Positions 29,794-32,000 of a DNA stretch of 32,000 nucleotides are shown here, in pieces. The notes beneath the pieces were generated by a model. It was not told where the DNA came from, did not search any database, and saw nothing but the letters and a program-made list of their open reading frames with translations. Numbering within the stretch: the stretch's first letter is position 1; each line of letters starts with the position of its first letter. Source of the stretch: Candidatus Saccharimonadota bacterium (lineage in GTDB: Bacteria > Patescibacteriota > Gracilibacteria > BD1-5 > UBA2023); NCBI GenBank assembly GCA_042852035.1, contig BAAFHK010000001.1, forward strand, positions 420,001 to 452,000. Direction: 5' to 3'. The translations under genes were made by a program, and so were the position numbers.

Positions 29794-29899
29794 AATTCTT
29801 CTTTTAACATAGGTTATCGTATAGTATTAATAAGTTTTATTTGCCAATTTATGCGAAATAAATACCATTGTGATTAATTTATTTCAAATTTGACTATCT

Positions 29900-30379
29900 A
29901 TGGAGATTACTTACGGGCTTTTAGCTATAATAATAGTTTTGTTATGATACAAGATTTACTGTGACCAATTGTCACAAAAGAAATTGAGTAAGCAAATAAA
30001 GGAGTCCGTTGAACCTAAATTTCTTGATATAGCAATCTCTCCAGAATCCCAAAAACTGATCTCTCTTGCAATCGATATATGGAGACTAGAATGAAAAATT
30101 CATAATTCATGAATATCAAAAGATTGACTTGAGGCAGAGAAGATCAAAACTAGCCTTGAGCGGTTAAAAAAATTTATGAATGACTATTGAATTGCAGTAA
30201 AAGACTTCATATGAGATAAATATGTTAATGAGATTAATTTTCTTGAGCTAAAGTGAACTGAGAATACAACAGATAAATCTAAAGATTGAATAATTAAAGA
30301 TACCATTGAGCCAGTAGTGTATGTCAATTGAACTGTTGTAAAAACAGCTAAGGTTATTGTTTATAAATTTATTGCTTAA
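29900..30379 (+). CDS. membrane-anchored GrpE-like nucleotide-exchange-factor candidate (159 aa)
   Basis: N-terminal TM helix YGLLAIIIVLLGY, a helical middle, and a C-terminal beta region GIAVKDFIGDKYVNEINFLELKG...IIKDTIEPVVYVNGTVVKTAKVIVYK. That region resembles the GrpE C-terminus pattern (G..FDP..HeA ... GY...rvlRpA.V.V). Ends 10 nt before the Hsp70 ATG. Confidence 0.4.
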
Positions 30380-30389
30380 AAAATCATAT

Positions 30390-32000
30390 ATGCCTACCAT
30401 CCAAATTTGAATTGATTTATGAACCACAAATTCTGCAATTGCAATTAATAAATCAGGAAAGACCGAAATAATTAAGAATTTTGAAAGAGATGAATTTACT
30501 CCTTCAGTCTACTGATTCGATAAAGCCAAGAATCCTCTTGTATGAAAGCGTGCTTATGAAAAGCTTTACAAATATGCTGATAGTGAGGATATTTGAAACT
30601 TCAAATCTGAGATAAAGAGACTAATGTGAACTCCTGAAATTACTTATTTTCCAAGAGTTGAAAAAAGCATGAAAGCAGAAGATATTTCTGCTGAGATATT
30701 AAAATATCTTAAAAGTACGGCACTGAAACAATATCCAGATCTTGAAACTAATTGAGTAGTTATTACAGTGCCAGCACATTTTTCAACTATAGAATCAGAA
30801 GCTACTAAGAGGGCTGGTGAACTTGCTTGATTCAAAAAAGTTGTATTATTACAAGAGCCTATTGCTGCAGCAATAGCATATGGCTTTTCTGCTGATAAAA
30901 ATGCAAACTGGCTCATATACGACCTCTGAGGCGGCACGTTTGATACAGCTATAATCCAATCCATGGATGGTTTATTAAATATTTTATCAAGCAAGGGAGA
31001 TAATTTTCTCTGATGAAAAGATTTTGATTGGGCTATTGTAGATAAGATATTTATTCCAAAAATCCTAGAAAAATTTAATTTACTAAATTTTAATAGAGGA
31101 AATGAAAAATACAGAAATGCATTTAACCTGTTAAAATGATTTGCTGAAAATGCTAAAAAAATGCTCACATATGATAATGAGGTTACTATTGAGATTGATA
31201 AAATTTGAATGGATGACAATGAAAAGGAAATTTATATGAATATAACTTTAACTCGAAAAGAATTTGAAGAGCTAATAAATCCTTTTATTAAGAAATCAAT
31301 ATCACTTGTAGAAGAAACTATTAAAGAATCATGAATTAGTAAAAATAAAATAGATAAGATTGTCCTTGTTGGATGAAGCACACAAACCCCTTATATTAAA
31401 GAAAAGTTAGAAAAAGAAATTGGCATCTCCGTGGACTCAAGTGTTGATCCTCTCACTGTGGTAGCATATGGAGCATCTGTATATGCACAAACTCAAGTTA
31501 TAGAAATAGAGAAAGATAATAAAAAAACTTATAATTCCGAGTTACATAATATAAAATTGAATTTCGAGACCGTTACTACTGAAAGTGAGGAAACTATAAG
31601 TGGTATAATTGACGGACTTGAGGAAAACAAGGAATACTATCTGCAAATTCAAAGTGAAAGTGGTTATTATTCAAGCAATAAGATCCTTATTAGAAATTGA
31701 AAATTTATTACAGATGTTCAAGTTGAATCAGGAAAAGTAAACCTTTATTGGATATATTTATTTGATTCATCATGATGAGTTTTAGAGCTATCTACAGATA
31801 GTTTCTCAATAACTCATGGATTAACGGTGGGAGCAATACCAATACCATCAAGTATTGGTGTGTCTATAGCGAGACAAAATAGCGATACACTGTCTTGGCA
31901 ATCAGAAATGTTTTGGTTCTTTGAAAAAAATTCAAAATTACCATTATCTAAGACTCATGAATTTAAAACAACGAGCACAATTAGAAAATGAAGTGCTGAA
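30390..32000 (+). CDS. Hsp70-family ATPase, non-canonical C-terminal region; 3' end beyond the window
   Basis: IQIGIDLGTTNSAIA (Gly = TGA at 30408 and 30420), VVITVPAHFS, LLQEPIAAAIAYG, LIYDLGGGTFD (TGA at 30927), VLVGGSTQTPYIKEKL, DPLTVVAYGASVYA. No DVTPLSLGIE-type linker follows the NBD. Instead there is a ~110-aa unrelated segment, then ITHGLTVGAIPIPSSIGVSIA. Confidence 0.9.

Noticed and set aside
30644-31219. Track ORF 30644-31219(-), 191 aa
   Set aside because: It is antisense to the Hsp70 nucleotide-binding domain, which is unambiguous on the plus strand once TGA=Gly.
1-32000. CRISPR arrays, rRNA genes, transposases/integrases, prophage structural genes
   Set aside because: I saw no regularly spaced direct repeats, no rRNA-like conserved segments, and no recombinase or capsid/terminase-like translations on either strand under table 25.

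Overview
AT-rich bacterial window that only reads coherently under translation table 25 (UGA = Gly, as in Gracilibacteria/Absconditabacteria-type CPR lineages). TGA sits at invariant Gly positions of GluRS, Hsp70, PPK2, rubredoxin and McrB, and every gene I call ends in TAA or TAG. The supplied standard-code ORF track is therefore fragmented and partly antisense. All coordinates below come from my own re-translation with TGA=Gly. Left half (1-15.0 kb) is housekeeping-type: patatin-like lipase, orphan histidine kinase, gltX, mltG, a ferric-reductase-TM/rubredoxin/FNR fusion, rhodanese, ppk2, a BaiN-like flavoprotein, an ECF sigma with putative anti-sigma, a Nudix-like protein, chorismate mutase and a secreted Y/Q-rich protein. 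Right half (15.0-32 kb) is accessory or conflict-type. It starts with about 500 nt of non-coding DNA, then tandem paralogous small acidic ORFs. Next is a co-directional minus-strand array: McrB, McrC, an extra PD-(D/E)xK nuclease, a 682-aa protein with an ART-toxin-like C-terminus, a 313-aa ORF, an Rx4H protein, tRNA-Trp(CCA) and an RNxxxHxY HEPN protein. Beyond it lie secreted and membrane proteins, and a small-ORF / TM-anchored GrpE-like / non-canonical Hsp70 operon that runs off the window. A long hairpin with a conserved 13-14 nt loop, AGTACA(C)AGTCTCC, and non-homologous stems occurs twice, each time just upstream of a small ORF. No CRISPR array, rRNA, transposase or integrase was seen.
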